A stretch of DNA of 60,350 nt from Oscillospiraceae bacterium (GCA_045631305.1 JAZQUM010000022.1:1-60350), one strand, 5' to 3'. Counted from the first letter of the stretch, positions 44,486-53,860 are shown. Translations and numbers: made by a program. Notes: generated by a model not told the origin, from the letters alone.

Positions 44486-44548
44486 ATTATAGAATGCAAA
44501 CGGTAACATCCAGGTAACATTTCGAAAGTTTTTTCGAAATTGTGTTAC
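44486..44548 (-). promoter_or_regulatory. Candidate promoter/operator region of the pilus operon
   Basis: Minus-strand TATAAT at 44491-44486 with no good -35. Directly upstream: GGTAACAT x2 (44502, 44513), TTTCGAAA x2 (44520, 44532) and inverted GTAACA...TGTTAC (44515-44520 / 44543-44548). Confidence 0.3.
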
Positions 44549-44654
44549 TTGTATGAAATCCCCTCTATATTTTGGGTATTTCTTCTATAAGTCCTCGGCA
44601 AATTAAGCGTCTCTCCCCTTATTATAATTGCGCATTACTGAGAAAGGACGCAAA

Positions 44655-44697
44655 CAATGCAAAAAACGCTCTCCGCAATAGCGAAGAGCGCTTCTTT
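44655..44697 (-). terminator. Terminator after the GNAT gene, insulating the pilus operon
   Basis: CGCTCTCCGC-aata-GCGAAGAGCG stem (one mismatch) followed by TTTTTTG on the minus transcript; starts right after the TAA at 44698-44700. Confidence 0.7.
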
Positions 44698-45222
44698 TTA
44701 TCCTATATATTTTTCCAACAATACCAGGCCAACTCCTTCAATGCCATTGAATACACACGGCACGATTCCCGCCTCTCTGTAGCCCAATTTCCGGTACATA
44801 ACGCGGGCAGCAGCATTGATGGCATTGGTATCCATGCGAAGATACGGACAGTTGTTTTCGCGGGCATATGACTCATAAAAAGCAACAAATTCTTTACCGC
44901 AGCCTTTTCCCATGGTCTTGGGATGAACGCAGAGTGTATGGAGCACCATCACTTCATCATCCTGCGCAGTATACAGCCACTGACCTTTTGCATAGTCAGC
45001 AACCTGCAGGCGATTGATGACAGCCGAGGCCACAATAGCCCCGTTCTCTTCCATGACGAAAAGATCGTCGCGGACAAGCGCAGCCCGGGCCGTTTCCTCT
45101 GTGGGATAGATCTCCCTCACCCAGCCGATGGTGAGTTCCCCCTTCTCCTCCGCCGTATGGATGGCAGAAAAGATAGCCGCAACTGCCGGAATATCTTTCT
45201 TTTCCGCTTTGCGGATCTGCAT
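44698..45222 (-). CDS. GNAT family N-acetyltransferase
   Basis: MQIRKAEKKDIPAVAAIF...HPKTMGKGCGKEF... acetyl-CoA binding motif. TGATG overlap with the degV stop. Confidence 0.8.
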   Translation of the reverse strand: MQIRKAEKKDIPAVAAIFSAIHTAEEKGELTIGWVREIYPTEETARAALVRDDLFVMEENGAIVASAVINRLQVADYAKGQWLYTAQDDEVMVLHTLCVHPKTMGKGCGKEFVAFYESYARENNCPYLRMDTNAINAAARVMYRKLGYREAGIVPCVFNGIEGVGLVLLEKYIG

Positions 45223-46070
45223 CACTTTCTGACAAAAAGAACGCCCATGGTCTTGGGACCACAGTGGGAAGAAACGGTACAACCGGCCTTGGCAATATAA
45301 ACGTTCTTAAAAGGAGCAGCTTCTGCCACAACCTTCTTCAACGCTTCAACAGAGTCTTCACTCATACCCTCGGAATAGGTAACGAAGCAGTGCTCCAGTT
45401 CTTTATCTACAGCAGCCAGACGCTCTGCAGCATATTTAAGATACACCTTTTCAATGCTGCCGCGATACTTCTTGCACACACGCAGACCACCATCCACCAT
45501 TTCCAGGGCAGGCTTAATACCCAGGAGATTTGCACCCAGTGCAGCAACACCAGAGCAACGGCCACCCTTCCAGATGAATTCCAGCGTATCCAACACGAAA
45601 CTGGTGTCTACACGGGTGGTGAATTCTACCAAAGCCTCTGCGATTTCCTTGGCACTGCGGCCTTCATCGCGCAGGCGGCATGCTTCCATTACCACCAGAG
45701 CCTGACCGGTGCTGAGCTGGCAGCTATCCACAGGGTAAACACCATCCAAATCGGAAGCAGCAATGCAGCAGTTCTGATAGGTGCCAGAGAGCTTGGAACC
45801 AATAGTAATATGCACCACTTCGCAACCCTCATCTACAAAAGGCTGGAAGAAATCCATGAATTCTGCAGGACTGATGGCAGAAGTCTTAGGCAAAAGACCA
45901 CTTTCCTTATAGGCAGCAAAAATTTTGGCTGCATCAATTTCAAGGCCATCACGATAGGCATTTTCACCAAGGGTAACGGTAAGGGGCAGAACAGAAACAC
46001 TCAGCTTTTCGCGAAGGTCCTCAGGCAGGTCGCAGACACTGTCAGTGGAAATAATAACTTTCTTACTCAC
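45222..46070 (-). CDS. DegV family fatty-acid-binding protein
   Basis: KVIISTDSVCDLP...TSAISPAEF...; GTG start. Confidence 0.9.
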   Translation of the reverse strand: MSKKVIISTDSVCDLPEDLREKLSVSVLPLTVTLGENAYRDGLEIDAAKIFAAYKESGLLPKTSAISPAEFMDFFQPFVDEGCEVVHITIGSKLSGTYQNCCIAASDLDGVYPVDSCQLSTGQALVVMEACRLRDEGRSAKEIAEALVEFTTRVDTSFVLDTLEFIWKGGRCSGVAALGANLLGIKPALEMVDGGLRVCKKYRGSIEKVYLKYAAERLAAVDKELEHCFVTYSEGMSEDSVEALKKVVAEAAPFKNVYIAKAGCTVSSHCGPKTMGVLFVRK

Positions 46071-46095
46071 GCTTTTTCCCTTTTCTTTCTATAGT

Positions 46096-46380
46096 TTACA
46101 CTTCAAAACGCTGCACATCGATGCCGCTGATATACTGCTTTTCAATTTCCTGAATGGCTTTGAAATGGTCCTGTGCCATGTGGAATTCCAGAGCTTCAGC
46201 ATTATCATAGCGCTCTACAAGCAGAAGTTCGTTTTCATTTTTCCAGGAGGGATAAAAATCATACTTGCGGCAGCCGCCTTCGGCATAGACTTTATCAAGA
46301 ATGCCCGCATCGTGCACAGCAGCCATAAACTCTTCGCGCTTGCCGTTGGGAATGTCATAAAACACATTGAGTACGATCAT
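46096..46380 (-). CDS. Antibiotic biosynthesis monooxygenase (ABM) domain protein
   Basis: 94 aa ferredoxin-like fold pattern ...LLLVERYDNAEALEFHMAQDHFKA... Confidence 0.65.
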   Translation of the reverse strand: MIVLNVFYDIPNGKREEFMAAVHDAGILDKVYAEGGCRKYDFYPSWKNENELLLVERYDNAEALEFHMAQDHFKAIQEIEKQYISGIDVQRFEV

Positions 46381-46495
46381 ATCATATGCTCCTTTTCTTA
46401 CGTTTCCGCGCCCGAAGGCATTTTATCCTACATATCAATATACCCTTTTTAGTAAAATATGTCAATGAAGGGATCATTTTCCCACAAAAGCAGAC

Positions 46496-46528
46496 AAAAA
46501 AAGAAGGACGGATAACCGTCCTTCTTTT
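46496..46528 (-). terminator. Rho-independent terminator ending the butyrate operon
   Basis: GAAGGACGG-ataa-CCGTCCTTC stem followed by U7 on the minus transcript. Confidence 0.8.
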
Positions 46529-46536
46529 CAGTTGAA

Positions 46537-47643
46537 TTACTGTGCTTCCTTAGCAGCCTTGATAGCTTCGATCAGCATGGGAGTAACCTTGAACAGGTCG
46601 CCGCAGATGCCGTAGTCAGCAGCTTCAAAGATGGGAGCATATTCGTTCTTGTTAACAGCGATGATGCATTCAGAATCCTGCATACCGGCCTTGTGCTGGA
46701 TAGCACCGGAGATACCGAGAGCAACATAGATTCTGGGATGTACGGTCTTACCGGTCTGGCCAACCTGGTGGTCAACACTGATCCAACCGGAGTCAACAAC
46801 AGCACGGGAAGCGCCTACAACGCCGCCGAGAACATCTGCCAGTTCCTGAGCCAGAGCCAGGCCCTTTTCAACGTCCTTGGAAATACCACGGCCAACGGAA
46901 ACAACAACGTCAGCACCGATGAGGTCAACTGCCTTCTTAGCAGCCTTAACGATCTCAACAACTTCGGTCTTGAGGTCAGCAGCGGTCAGTTCGAATTCGG
47001 GATGAATGATTTCAACCTTAGCAGCCTTTTCAGCATCGTAAGGAGCCTTCTTCATAACGCCGGGACGAACGGTAGCCATTGCGGGACGGAAACGGGGGCA
47101 GATAATGGTAGCCATCAGATGGCCGCCGAATGCAGGGCGGGTCATCTTCAGGTCACGGTTCTTTTCATCGAAGGTCATGCTGTCAACATCCAGAGTGGAG
47201 GAAGAACGCAGGAAGTCCTTGTAAACGCCTACGTCGATGTCCAGGTGGGTGCAGTCAGCGCACAGGCCGGTGTGCAGACGAGCTGCGCAACGGGGTGCCA
47301 GGTCGCGGCCGATATTGGAAGCACCGAACAGCAGAACTTCGGGCTTGATGTCAGCTACGCAATCAGAAATAACCTTGGTATAAGCATCGGTGGTGTAATC
47401 CTTCAGCAGAGGAGAATTGCACACGTATACCTTATCGGCACCGTGGCCACCGATTTCAGCTGCCAGATTGTCAACGTTGTCGCCCAGCAGAATGCCGCAC
47501 ATTTCAACGCCGAGTTCGTCAGCCAGCTTGCGGCCTTCGGAAACCAGTTCGAGGCTGGTGGGCATCAGTTCGCCACCGCGCTGCTCACAAAACACCCAAA
47601 CGTTCTTGAAAGCAGCAATATCAGAACTATTAAAATTCTTCAT
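46537..47643 (-). CDS. etfA: Electron transfer flavoprotein alpha subunit
   Basis: ...NVWVFCEQRGGEL...TRPAFGG...VGQTGKTVHPRIYVALGISGAIQH... Confidence 0.9.
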   Translation of the reverse strand: MKNFNSSDIAAFKNVWVFCEQRGGELMPTSLELVSEGRKLADELGVEMCGILLGDNVDNLAAEIGGHGADKVYVCNSPLLKDYTTDAYTKVISDCVADIKPEVLLFGASNIGRDLAPRCAARLHTGLCADCTHLDIDVGVYKDFLRSSSTLDVDSMTFDEKNRDLKMTRPAFGGHLMATIICPRFRPAMATVRPGVMKKAPYDAEKAAKVEIIHPEFELTAADLKTEVVEIVKAAKKAVDLIGADVVVSVGRGISKDVEKGLALAQELADVLGGVVGASRAVVDSGWISVDHQVGQTGKTVHPRIYVALGISGAIQHKAGMQDSECIIAVNKNEYAPIFEAADYGICGDLFKVTPMLIEAIKAAKEAQ

Positions 47644-47660
47644 ATTCTATCTCCTTTCAA

Positions 47661-48461
47661 TTAAATGATGTGCTTTGCAGCAAGAATGGAAGCCAACTTT
47701 TCGCAGTCAGCCTTATCAGCGCCGGGCAGCATCATGCCTGCGCCCTTCTGGGGAGGCGTAAAGGACTTGAAGATGTTGGTGGGAGAACCCTTCAGACCGA
47801 TGGTAGTAGCATCGATGAGAGCGTGGTCCTTCAGATCTTCGTAACCCATGACGCGCAGAGGCTTGGAATAAGCTTCGAATGCGCCGCCAACGGAGAGGTA
47901 ACGAGGAGTATTGAGTTCCTTGATGCAGGTAATCAGGCAAGGAGTCTTAACATTGATAACCATGTAGCCGTCTTCCAGAACGCGCTTGATGGTCAGGCAA
48001 TCGCCATCCTTCTTGATGTCTGCAGCATAAGTAACCTGGGGAAGATCCAGCTTTTCAGCGATCTGGGGACCAACCTGAGCGGTGTCACCGTCGATAGCCT
48101 GACGGCCGGAGAATACTACGTCGTCTGCATCGAGACCGATGGTGTCGATAGCAGCGGCCAGGATCTGAGAGGTAGCGAAGGTATCGCTGCCGCCGAATTC
48201 ACGAGCGGATACCAGAACGCCTTCGTCAACGCCCATAGCCATCAGTTCACGGAGCATGCCCTCTGCGGGAGGGGGACCCATGGTAACTGCGATAACCTTG
48301 CAGCCGGTTTCTTCCTTGAGCTGGAGAGCGGCTTCAACGGCGTTCATGTCGTCGGGGTTGATGATGGTCTGCATGGAAGCGCGGTTCAGAGTACCGTCGG
48401 GATTGACGGCTACCTTACCGGAGGTATCGGGAACCTGCTTTACGGTAACAATAATTTTCAT
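47661..48461 (-). CDS. etfB: Electron transfer flavoprotein beta subunit
   Basis: MKIIVTVKQVPDT...NPDDMNAVEAAL... Confidence 0.9.
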   Translation of the reverse strand: MKIIVTVKQVPDTSGKVAVNPDGTLNRASMQTIINPDDMNAVEAALQLKEETGCKVIAVTMGPPPAEGMLRELMAMGVDEGVLVSAREFGGSDTFATSQILAAAIDTIGLDADDVVFSGRQAIDGDTAQVGPQIAEKLDLPQVTYAADIKKDGDCLTIKRVLEDGYMVINVKTPCLITCIKELNTPRYLSVGGAFEAYSKPLRVMGYEDLKDHALIDATTIGLKGSPTNIFKSFTPPQKGAGMMLPGADKADCEKLASILAAKHII

Positions 48462-48476
48462 CCTGATCCTCCTCCC

Positions 48477-49619
48477 TTACTTAACGCCCAGGTTAGCAGA
48501 GATTACCATTCTCTGAACTTCGCTGGTACCTTCATAGATCTCAGTGATCTTAGCGTCACGCATCATGCGTTCAACCTGATATTCGCGGATGTAGCCGTAA
48601 CCACCGAAGAGCTGAACTGCACGGCGGGTAACATCACTTGCTGCTTCAGCTGCAAAGAGCTTAGCCATAGCTGCGTCCATGGTGTAGGGTTCGCCGCACT
48701 GCTTCTTCATAGCTGCTGCATATACCATGTACTGAGCAGCCTGCATGCGGGTGTGCATGTCGGCCAGCTGGAACTGAGTGTTCTGGAACTGGCTGATGCG
48801 CTTCTTGAACTGCATACGTTCAGCAGTATACTTGATAGCTTCGTTAACAGCGCCTTCACCAAGACCCAGAGCCTGTGCAGCGATACCAATACGGCCGCCG
48901 TCCAGAGTCTTCATAGCGATCTTGAAGCCTTCGCCTTCCTTGCCCAGGAGGTTTTCCTTGGGAACGATGCAATCTTCGAAGATCAGGTCGCAGGTGGAAG
49001 AACCACGGATACCCATCTTCTTTTCGTGCTTACCGCAGGAGAAGCCGGGGAAGCTCTTTTCAACGATGAATGCGGAGATACCACGGGTGCCCTTGCTCTT
49101 ATCGGTCATAGCAAATACTACGAATACGTCAGCAACGTTACCGTTGGTGATGAAGCACTTGGAACCGTTGAGAACATAGTGGTCGCCTTCGAGAACAGCA
49201 GTGGTCTGCTGGCCGGAAGCGTCGGTACCTGCTTCGGGTTCGGTCAGGCCGAATGCACCGATCTTCTTACCGGAGCACAGGTCAGGCAGATACTTTGCCT
49301 TCTGTTCGGCATTACCGTTTTCAAAAATGGGAGCGCAGCACAGAGAGGTGTGTGCGGAAACAACTACTGCAGTAGTACCGCAAACCTTGGCCAGTTCTTC
49401 TACGCACATTGCATAGGAAAGAACGTCGCCACCGGCGCCACCGTATTCCTTGGGGAAATAAATACCCATCATACCCAGCTTGGCCATCTTTTCGACGGTC
49501 TCCATGGGGAAGCGTTCCTGTTCATCGATTTCTTCAGCAAGAGGCTTTACTTCGTTTTCCGCAAATTCACGGAACATCTTACGAACCAGCATCTGCTCTT
49601 TAGAGAGATGAAAATCCAT
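48477..49619 (-). CDS. bcd: Butyryl-CoA dehydrogenase (short-chain acyl-CoA dehydrogenase)
   Basis: 380 aa acyl-CoA dehydrogenase, ...GLTEPEAGTDA...IYEGTSEVQRMVI...; operon context with etfBA. Confidence 0.9.
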   Translation of the reverse strand: MDFHLSKEQMLVRKMFREFAENEVKPLAEEIDEQERFPMETVEKMAKLGMMGIYFPKEYGGAGGDVLSYAMCVEELAKVCGTTAVVVSAHTSLCCAPIFENGNAEQKAKYLPDLCSGKKIGAFGLTEPEAGTDASGQQTTAVLEGDHYVLNGSKCFITNGNVADVFVVFAMTDKSKGTRGISAFIVEKSFPGFSCGKHEKKMGIRGSSTCDLIFEDCIVPKENLLGKEGEGFKIAMKTLDGGRIGIAAQALGLGEGAVNEAIKYTAERMQFKKRISQFQNTQFQLADMHTRMQAAQYMVYAAAMKKQCGEPYTMDAAMAKLFAAEAASDVTRRAVQLFGGYGYIREYQVERMMRDAKITEIYEGTSEVQRMVISANLGVK

Positions 49620-49667
49620 AACTAAACTCCTTTACTCAGATTAAACTCTTGTTCAGTATTGTACGGA

Positions 49668-50504
49668 TTACTTGGAGTAATCGTAGAAGCCCTTACCGGT
49701 CTTCTTGCCCAGCAGGCCGCCGCGAACCAGCTTCTTCAGAAGCAGAGCGGGACGATACTTGGAGTCGCCGGTTTCATTGTACAGAGTTTCCATGATAGCC
49801 AGGCAAACGTCCAGGCCGATGAAGTCGCCCAGAGCCAGGGGACCCATGGGATGGTTTGCACCCAGCTGCATAGCCTTGTCGATGTCAGCAACGGAAGCAA
49901 CGCCGGTTTCAACCAGGCCAGCAGCTTCGTTGATCATGGGGATGAGGATCTTGTTAACTACGAAGCCGGGAGCTTCAGCAACTTCAACGGGATCCTTGCC
50001 GATTTCCTGAGACAGAGCATAGATGGTCTTGAAGGTTTCTTCCTTGGTGTTAGCACCGCGGATGATTTCAACCAGCTTCATGCTGGGAACGGGATTGAAG
50101 AAGTGCATACCGATGAGGTCATGGCTCAGGCCGTTGCCCATTTCGGTGATGGAGAGAGAAGAGGTGTTGGAAGCGAAGATAGCTTCGGGCTTGCACAGAG
50201 CGTCCAGTTCCTTCAGCAGAGCCTTCTTGGTGCCCATTTCTTCCTTAACACATTCGATAACCAGGTCAGCGTCAGCGCATGCGCACTTTTCAGCAACCAG
50301 AACGTTTGCCAGAAGAGCGTCAACTGCTTCCTGAGTCATCTTACCCTTTTCAACGCGCTTAGCCAGAGACTTAGCCAGCTTGTCCTTATGACGCTGAGCA
50401 GATTCAACGGAGCTTGCATACAGCAGAGCGGTGTGACCCTTAGCTGCGAATACCTGAGCGATGCCGCTACCCATAGTGCCGGCGCCAAAAATAGCAACTT
50501 TCAT
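49668..50504 (-). CDS. hbd: 3-hydroxybutyryl-CoA dehydrogenase
   Basis: [20 protein letters not shown] Rossmann motif, ...HFFNPVP... Confidence 0.9.
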   Translation of the reverse strand: MKVAIFGAGTMGSGIAQVFAAKGHTALLYASSVESAQRHKDKLAKSLAKRVEKGKMTQEAVDALLANVLVAEKCACADADLVIECVKEEMGTKKALLKELDALCKPEAIFASNTSSLSITEMGNGLSHDLIGMHFFNPVPSMKLVEIIRGANTKEETFKTIYALSQEIGKDPVEVAEAPGFVVNKILIPMINEAAGLVETGVASVADIDKAMQLGANHPMGPLALGDFIGLDVCLAIMETLYNETGDSKYRPALLLKKLVRGGLLGKKTGKGFYDYSK

Positions 50505-50577
50505 GATATATCCTCCAAATAAATAAGGTAATGTTAATTTTATAACTTTCGATTTATTTCGTCAAGGGAAAAAGCGA

Positions 50578-51834
50578 TTAGCACTTTTCAACTACGACTG
50601 CAGTACCCATACCGCCGCCGATGCACAGAGTAGCAAGACCCTTCTTAGCATCTTCGCGCTTAGCCAGTTCGTGTACCAGAGTAACGATGATACGAGCACC
50701 GGAAGCACCTACGGGGTGACCCAGAGCGATAGCGCCGCCGTTAACGTTCAGCTTAGCGGTGTCGAAGCCCAGTTCACGGCCAACAGCGATGGACTGTGCA
50801 GCGAATGCTTCGTTAGCTTCGATCAGGTCGATATCGTCGATGGTAACGCCAGCCTTTTCCATTGCCTTGCGGGAAGCGGGAACGGGACCAACACCCATGA
50901 TCTTGGGGTCTACGCCGCCCTGGCCCCAGCCGATGAGCTTAGCCATGGGCTTCAGGCCCAGCTTAGCAACTGCTTCGCCGGAAGCGAGAACGATAGCTGC
51001 AGCACCGTCATTGATACCGGAAGCGTTAGCTGCGGTTACACGCTGCTGACCCTTGTCTTCGCTTTCCTGAACGCCGGTGGGAACGAAGGTGTGAACAACC
51101 TGGGGAGCGGGAGATTCGGGACCTACGGGGAATGCACCGCGCAGCTTAGCAACGCTTTCAGCGGTAACGCCAGCCTTGGGATATTCGTCCTTCTTGAATT
51201 CAACGATTTCCTTCTTAACCTTTACGGGAACGGGAACGATTTCATCATCGAAACGGCCAGCAGCCTGAGCGGCTTCTGCCTTCTGCTGGGAAGCAGCTGC
51301 GAAAGCGTCCTGTTCGGCACGGGAGATGCCCCAGATGTCGTTGATGTTTTCAGCGGTGGTGCCCATGTGATAGTTGTTGTAAACATCCCACAGACCATCG
51401 TTTACCATGGTATCAACCAGCTTGGTGTTACCCATGCGAGCGCCGTAACGAGCAGCGGGCATAGCATAGGGAGCTGCGCTCATGTTTTCGGTACCGCCGC
51501 AAACAACGACTTCAGCGTCACCAGCGAGGATGGAGCGAGCGCCTTCGATAACGGACTTCATACCGGAACCGCAAACCATACCAACGGTGTAAGCGGGAAC
51601 GGAGAAGGGAATGCCAGCCTTAACGGAAACCTGGCGAGCAACGTTCTGGCCCAGGCCTGCGGTCAGGATGCAGCCGAACATGAGTTCGTCAACGTTTTCG
51701 GGAGCAACGTTTGCGCGCTTGAGAGCTTCCTTAACAGCGATAGCGCCCAGTTCAGCAGCGGGTACGTCCTTCAGAGAACCACCAAAAGAGCCGATAGCGG
51801 TACGGCAGCAGTTTACGATATACAGTTCCTTCAT
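50578..51834 (-). CDS. thl: Acetyl-CoA acetyltransferase (thiolase) with an internal ~25-30 aa insertion
   Basis: ...VCGSGMKS...[11 protein letters not shown]...[17 protein letters not shown]...CIGGGMG... GGAGGAA lies 6 nt before the ATG at 51834. Confidence 0.9.
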   Translation of the reverse strand: MKELYIVNCCRTAIGSFGGSLKDVPAAELGAIAVKEALKRANVAPENVDELMFGCILTAGLGQNVARQVSVKAGIPFSVPAYTVGMVCGSGMKSVIEGARSILAGDAEVVVCGGTENMSAAPYAMPAARYGARMGNTKLVDTMVNDGLWDVYNNYHMGTTAENINDIWGISRAEQDAFAAASQQKAEAAQAAGRFDDEIVPVPVKVKKEIVEFKKDEYPKAGVTAESVAKLRGAFPVGPESPAPQVVHTFVPTGVQESEDKGQQRVTAANASGINDGAAAIVLASGEAVAKLGLKPMAKLIGWGQGGVDPKIMGVGPVPASRKAMEKAGVTIDDIDLIEANEAFAAQSIAVGRELGFDTAKLNVNGGAIALGHPVGASGARIIVTLVHELAKREDAKKGLATLCIGGGMGTAVVVEKC

Positions 51835-51909
51835 TGTTATTTCCTCCAAAATTTTATTTCGTTTGTTGTATTTTAAATTTTAATAATTCTTAATGGTAAG
51901 TCGCGGGAA

Positions 51910-52686
51910 TCAGGAGTTGGTGAATTCAGCAGCTCTCTTTTCCACGAAAGCGCCCATGCCTTCCTTCTGGTCAGCAGTAGCAAAGCACATAGCGAACATT
52001 TCGTTTTCCAGAGCGATACCGTCGTCGATATCCATCTGCAGGCCGCGGTCGATGCAAGCCTTAGCATACTTAACAGCGATGGGAGCATTCTTTGCGATGC
52101 TTGCTGCCAGTTCCATAGCAGCGTTCATCAGTTCTTCAACGGGATATACGCCGTTAACAAGACCCATAGCAGCAGCTTCAGCAGCGCGGATTTTCTTGCC
52201 GGTGTAGATCAGTTCCTTAGCGCGAGCAGCACCGATGCGGCGAGCCAAACGCTGGGTGCCGGAGAAACCGGGGATGATACCCAGGCCAACTTCGGGCTGA
52301 CCGAACTGAGCCTTTTCGGAAGCAAGGATCATATCGCAGCTCATTGCCAGTTCGCAGCCACCGCCCAGAGCGAAGCCGTTTACTGCAGCAATGGTGGGAA
52401 GTTCCAGCTTTTCAAGACGGCGGAACACTGCGGAACCGAACTGACCGAACTTGCGGCCTTCGGGAAGGTTCATCACGGACATTGCTGCAACGTCTGCACC
52501 AGCCACGAATGCGCGGCCTGCACCGGTGATGATGAGAGCAGCCAGATCATTGTCCTGTTCAACAACTGCCAGAGCATCGTTGAGTTCGGAAAGAACCTGC
52601 TGGTTCAGGGAGTTCAGTGCTTCCTGACGGTCAATGGTAATAATACCGACCTTTTCGTTTTTTTCATAGCGTACGAAATCGCCCAT
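51910..52686 (-). CDS. crt: Short-chain enoyl-CoA hydratase (crotonase)
   Basis: 258 aa, ...ITGAGRAFVAGADV...NGFALGGGCELAMSCD... Confidence 0.9.
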   Translation of the reverse strand: MGDFVRYEKNEKVGIITIDRQEALNSLNQQVLSELNDALAVVEQDNDLAALIITGAGRAFVAGADVAAMSVMNLPEGRKFGQFGSAVFRRLEKLELPTIAAVNGFALGGGCELAMSCDMILASEKAQFGQPEVGLGIIPGFSGTQRLARRIGAARAKELIYTGKKIRAAEAAAMGLVNGVYPVEELMNAAMELAASIAKNAPIAVKYAKACIDRGLQMDIDDGIALENEMFAMCFATADQKEGMGAFVEKRAAEFTNS

Positions 52687-52744
52687 CTTTTCCTCCTCAT
52701 ACCGCTTGACTTACGGTATATTTGGTAATTTTTATGCGAGCAAC

Positions 52745-52762
52745 TTGTCAAAAATATAACAA
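52745..52762. promoter_or_regulatory. Candidate Rex operator upstream of crt
   Basis: TTGTCAA-AAAT-ATAACAA versus the clostridial Rex consensus TTGTTAA-N4-TTAACAA (12 of 14 half-site positions). Lies 59-76 nt upstream of the crt ATG. Its minus-strand reading contains TTGACA. Confidence 0.4.
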
Positions 52763-53136
52763 ACTTTGGTTAAAAAAATTTGCGTCGACCGTTGCTCACG
52801 GGTTTATACTTCTGTCAACAATAGATATCCTAATACATTTAACCGAATAAAGCAAGCCACTTTGTCAAAGAATTGTCAAAATTCTTATAGATGCATTTTT
52901 GTGCATCTACCCTCTCCTGCTACTATACAAAGTGCCCAAAGTTCCTTAATTCCCAACATTTTCCTTGTTGAAAAAGACCGCAGACAACGCCACCGAAATT
53001 TATCGTTTACACTGATTTGTCACTATGTTATGATAAATGCAGTCATTGCTGCTTCCCTACTCTATATCTTGATGCGGCGAGACTGCAAAACACACAATAT
53101 ATTATTTTAACTTTCGATATTTGGGAGGTATTTTTT

Positions 53137-53808
53137 ATGCGCATGCGTAAAAAGAAAAATCTGATTCCCCGCATGGAGCGCTGCGCTGCCTGCCAGATCA
53201 AAGATCCCTTTGCCCTGCGCGGCAACTGGCGCTCTTTGATGCCTGAGGCCAAGGAAGTGCGCCTGGAACTGGGCTGCGGTAAAGGCCGCTTCACCGTAGA
53301 TACCGCTGCCGGCGAACCCGATGTTCTTTTTGTCGCCGTAGAGCGTGTGCCGGATGCTATGGTCATCGCTATGGAGCGCGCTATGGCTGCAGAACTGAAA
53401 AATGTGTTCTTTATCGATGCCGACGCCGTTCTCCTGCCTGATATGTTTGAAGAAGGCGAAGTAGACCGCATCTATATCAATTTCTGTGATCCCTGGCCCC
53501 ACAAAGGTCACGCCAAGCGCCGCCTGACCCATGGCAATTTCCTTAAGCTTTACCGCAAGGTTCTTAAAGATGGAGGACAGATCCATTTCAAGACCGATAA
53601 TCGCCCCCTCTTCGATTTCTCTGTGGAAGAAATCCCCAACTTTGGTTTCACCCTCTCCGAAGTCACCAACGATCTGCACGCCGAGTGCGCAAACGTGATT
53701 ATGACCGACTATGAAGCCAAGTTCCGTGAACAAGGCATCCCCATCAATCGCTGCGTTGCCACCATGGTGAATTGGGAAGAACCCAAGACAGAAGAAGCGG
53801 AAGAATAA
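53137..53808 (+). CDS. trmB: tRNA (guanine-N7)-methyltransferase
   Basis: ...LELGCGKGRF...INFCDPWPHKGHAKRRL...FKTDN... GGGAGG lies 8 nt before the ATG at 53137. Confidence 0.9.
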   Translation: MRMRKKKNLIPRMERCAACQIKDPFALRGNWRSLMPEAKEVRLELGCGKGRFTVDTAAGEPDVLFVAVERVPDAMVIAMERAMAAELKNVFFIDADAVLLPDMFEEGEVDRIYINFCDPWPHKGHAKRRLTHGNFLKLYRKVLKDGGQIHFKTDNRPLFDFSVEEIPNFGFTLSEVTNDLHAECANVIMTDYEAKFREQGIPINRCVATMVNWEEPKTEEAEE

Positions 53809-53823
53809 TTTTCATAGACAAAT

Positions 53824-53860
53824 AACGGCTCTCTATGATAAACATAGAGAGCCGTTTAAT
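53824..53860. terminator. Bidirectional terminator between convergent trmB and the PAP2 gene
   Basis: AACGGCTCTCTATG-ataaa-CATAGAGAGCCGTT, 14-bp stem. Confidence 0.75.

Noticed and set aside
35100-44700. Idea that the DUF11/tRNA/pilus segment is a mobile genomic island
   Set aside because: I found no integrase, recombinase, transposase or plasmid/phage gene, and no duplicated tRNA 3' segment by eye. The pilus operon lies on the 5' side of the tRNA rather than at its 3' end. The backbone pilin codon usage looks native. Only comparative genomics can settle this.
47670-49625. 651-aa plus-strand ORF, and 50671-51876 (401 aa)
   Set aside because: They are antisense to etfB/bcd and to the thiolase gene, all of which are clearly recognisable on the minus strand.
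52766-53110. 114-codon TTG-start ORF in the crt-trmB gap
   Set aside because: It has no SD and an AT-rich low-complexity product, and it runs into the trmB SD. I treat it as non-coding, though the region is flagged as a finding.
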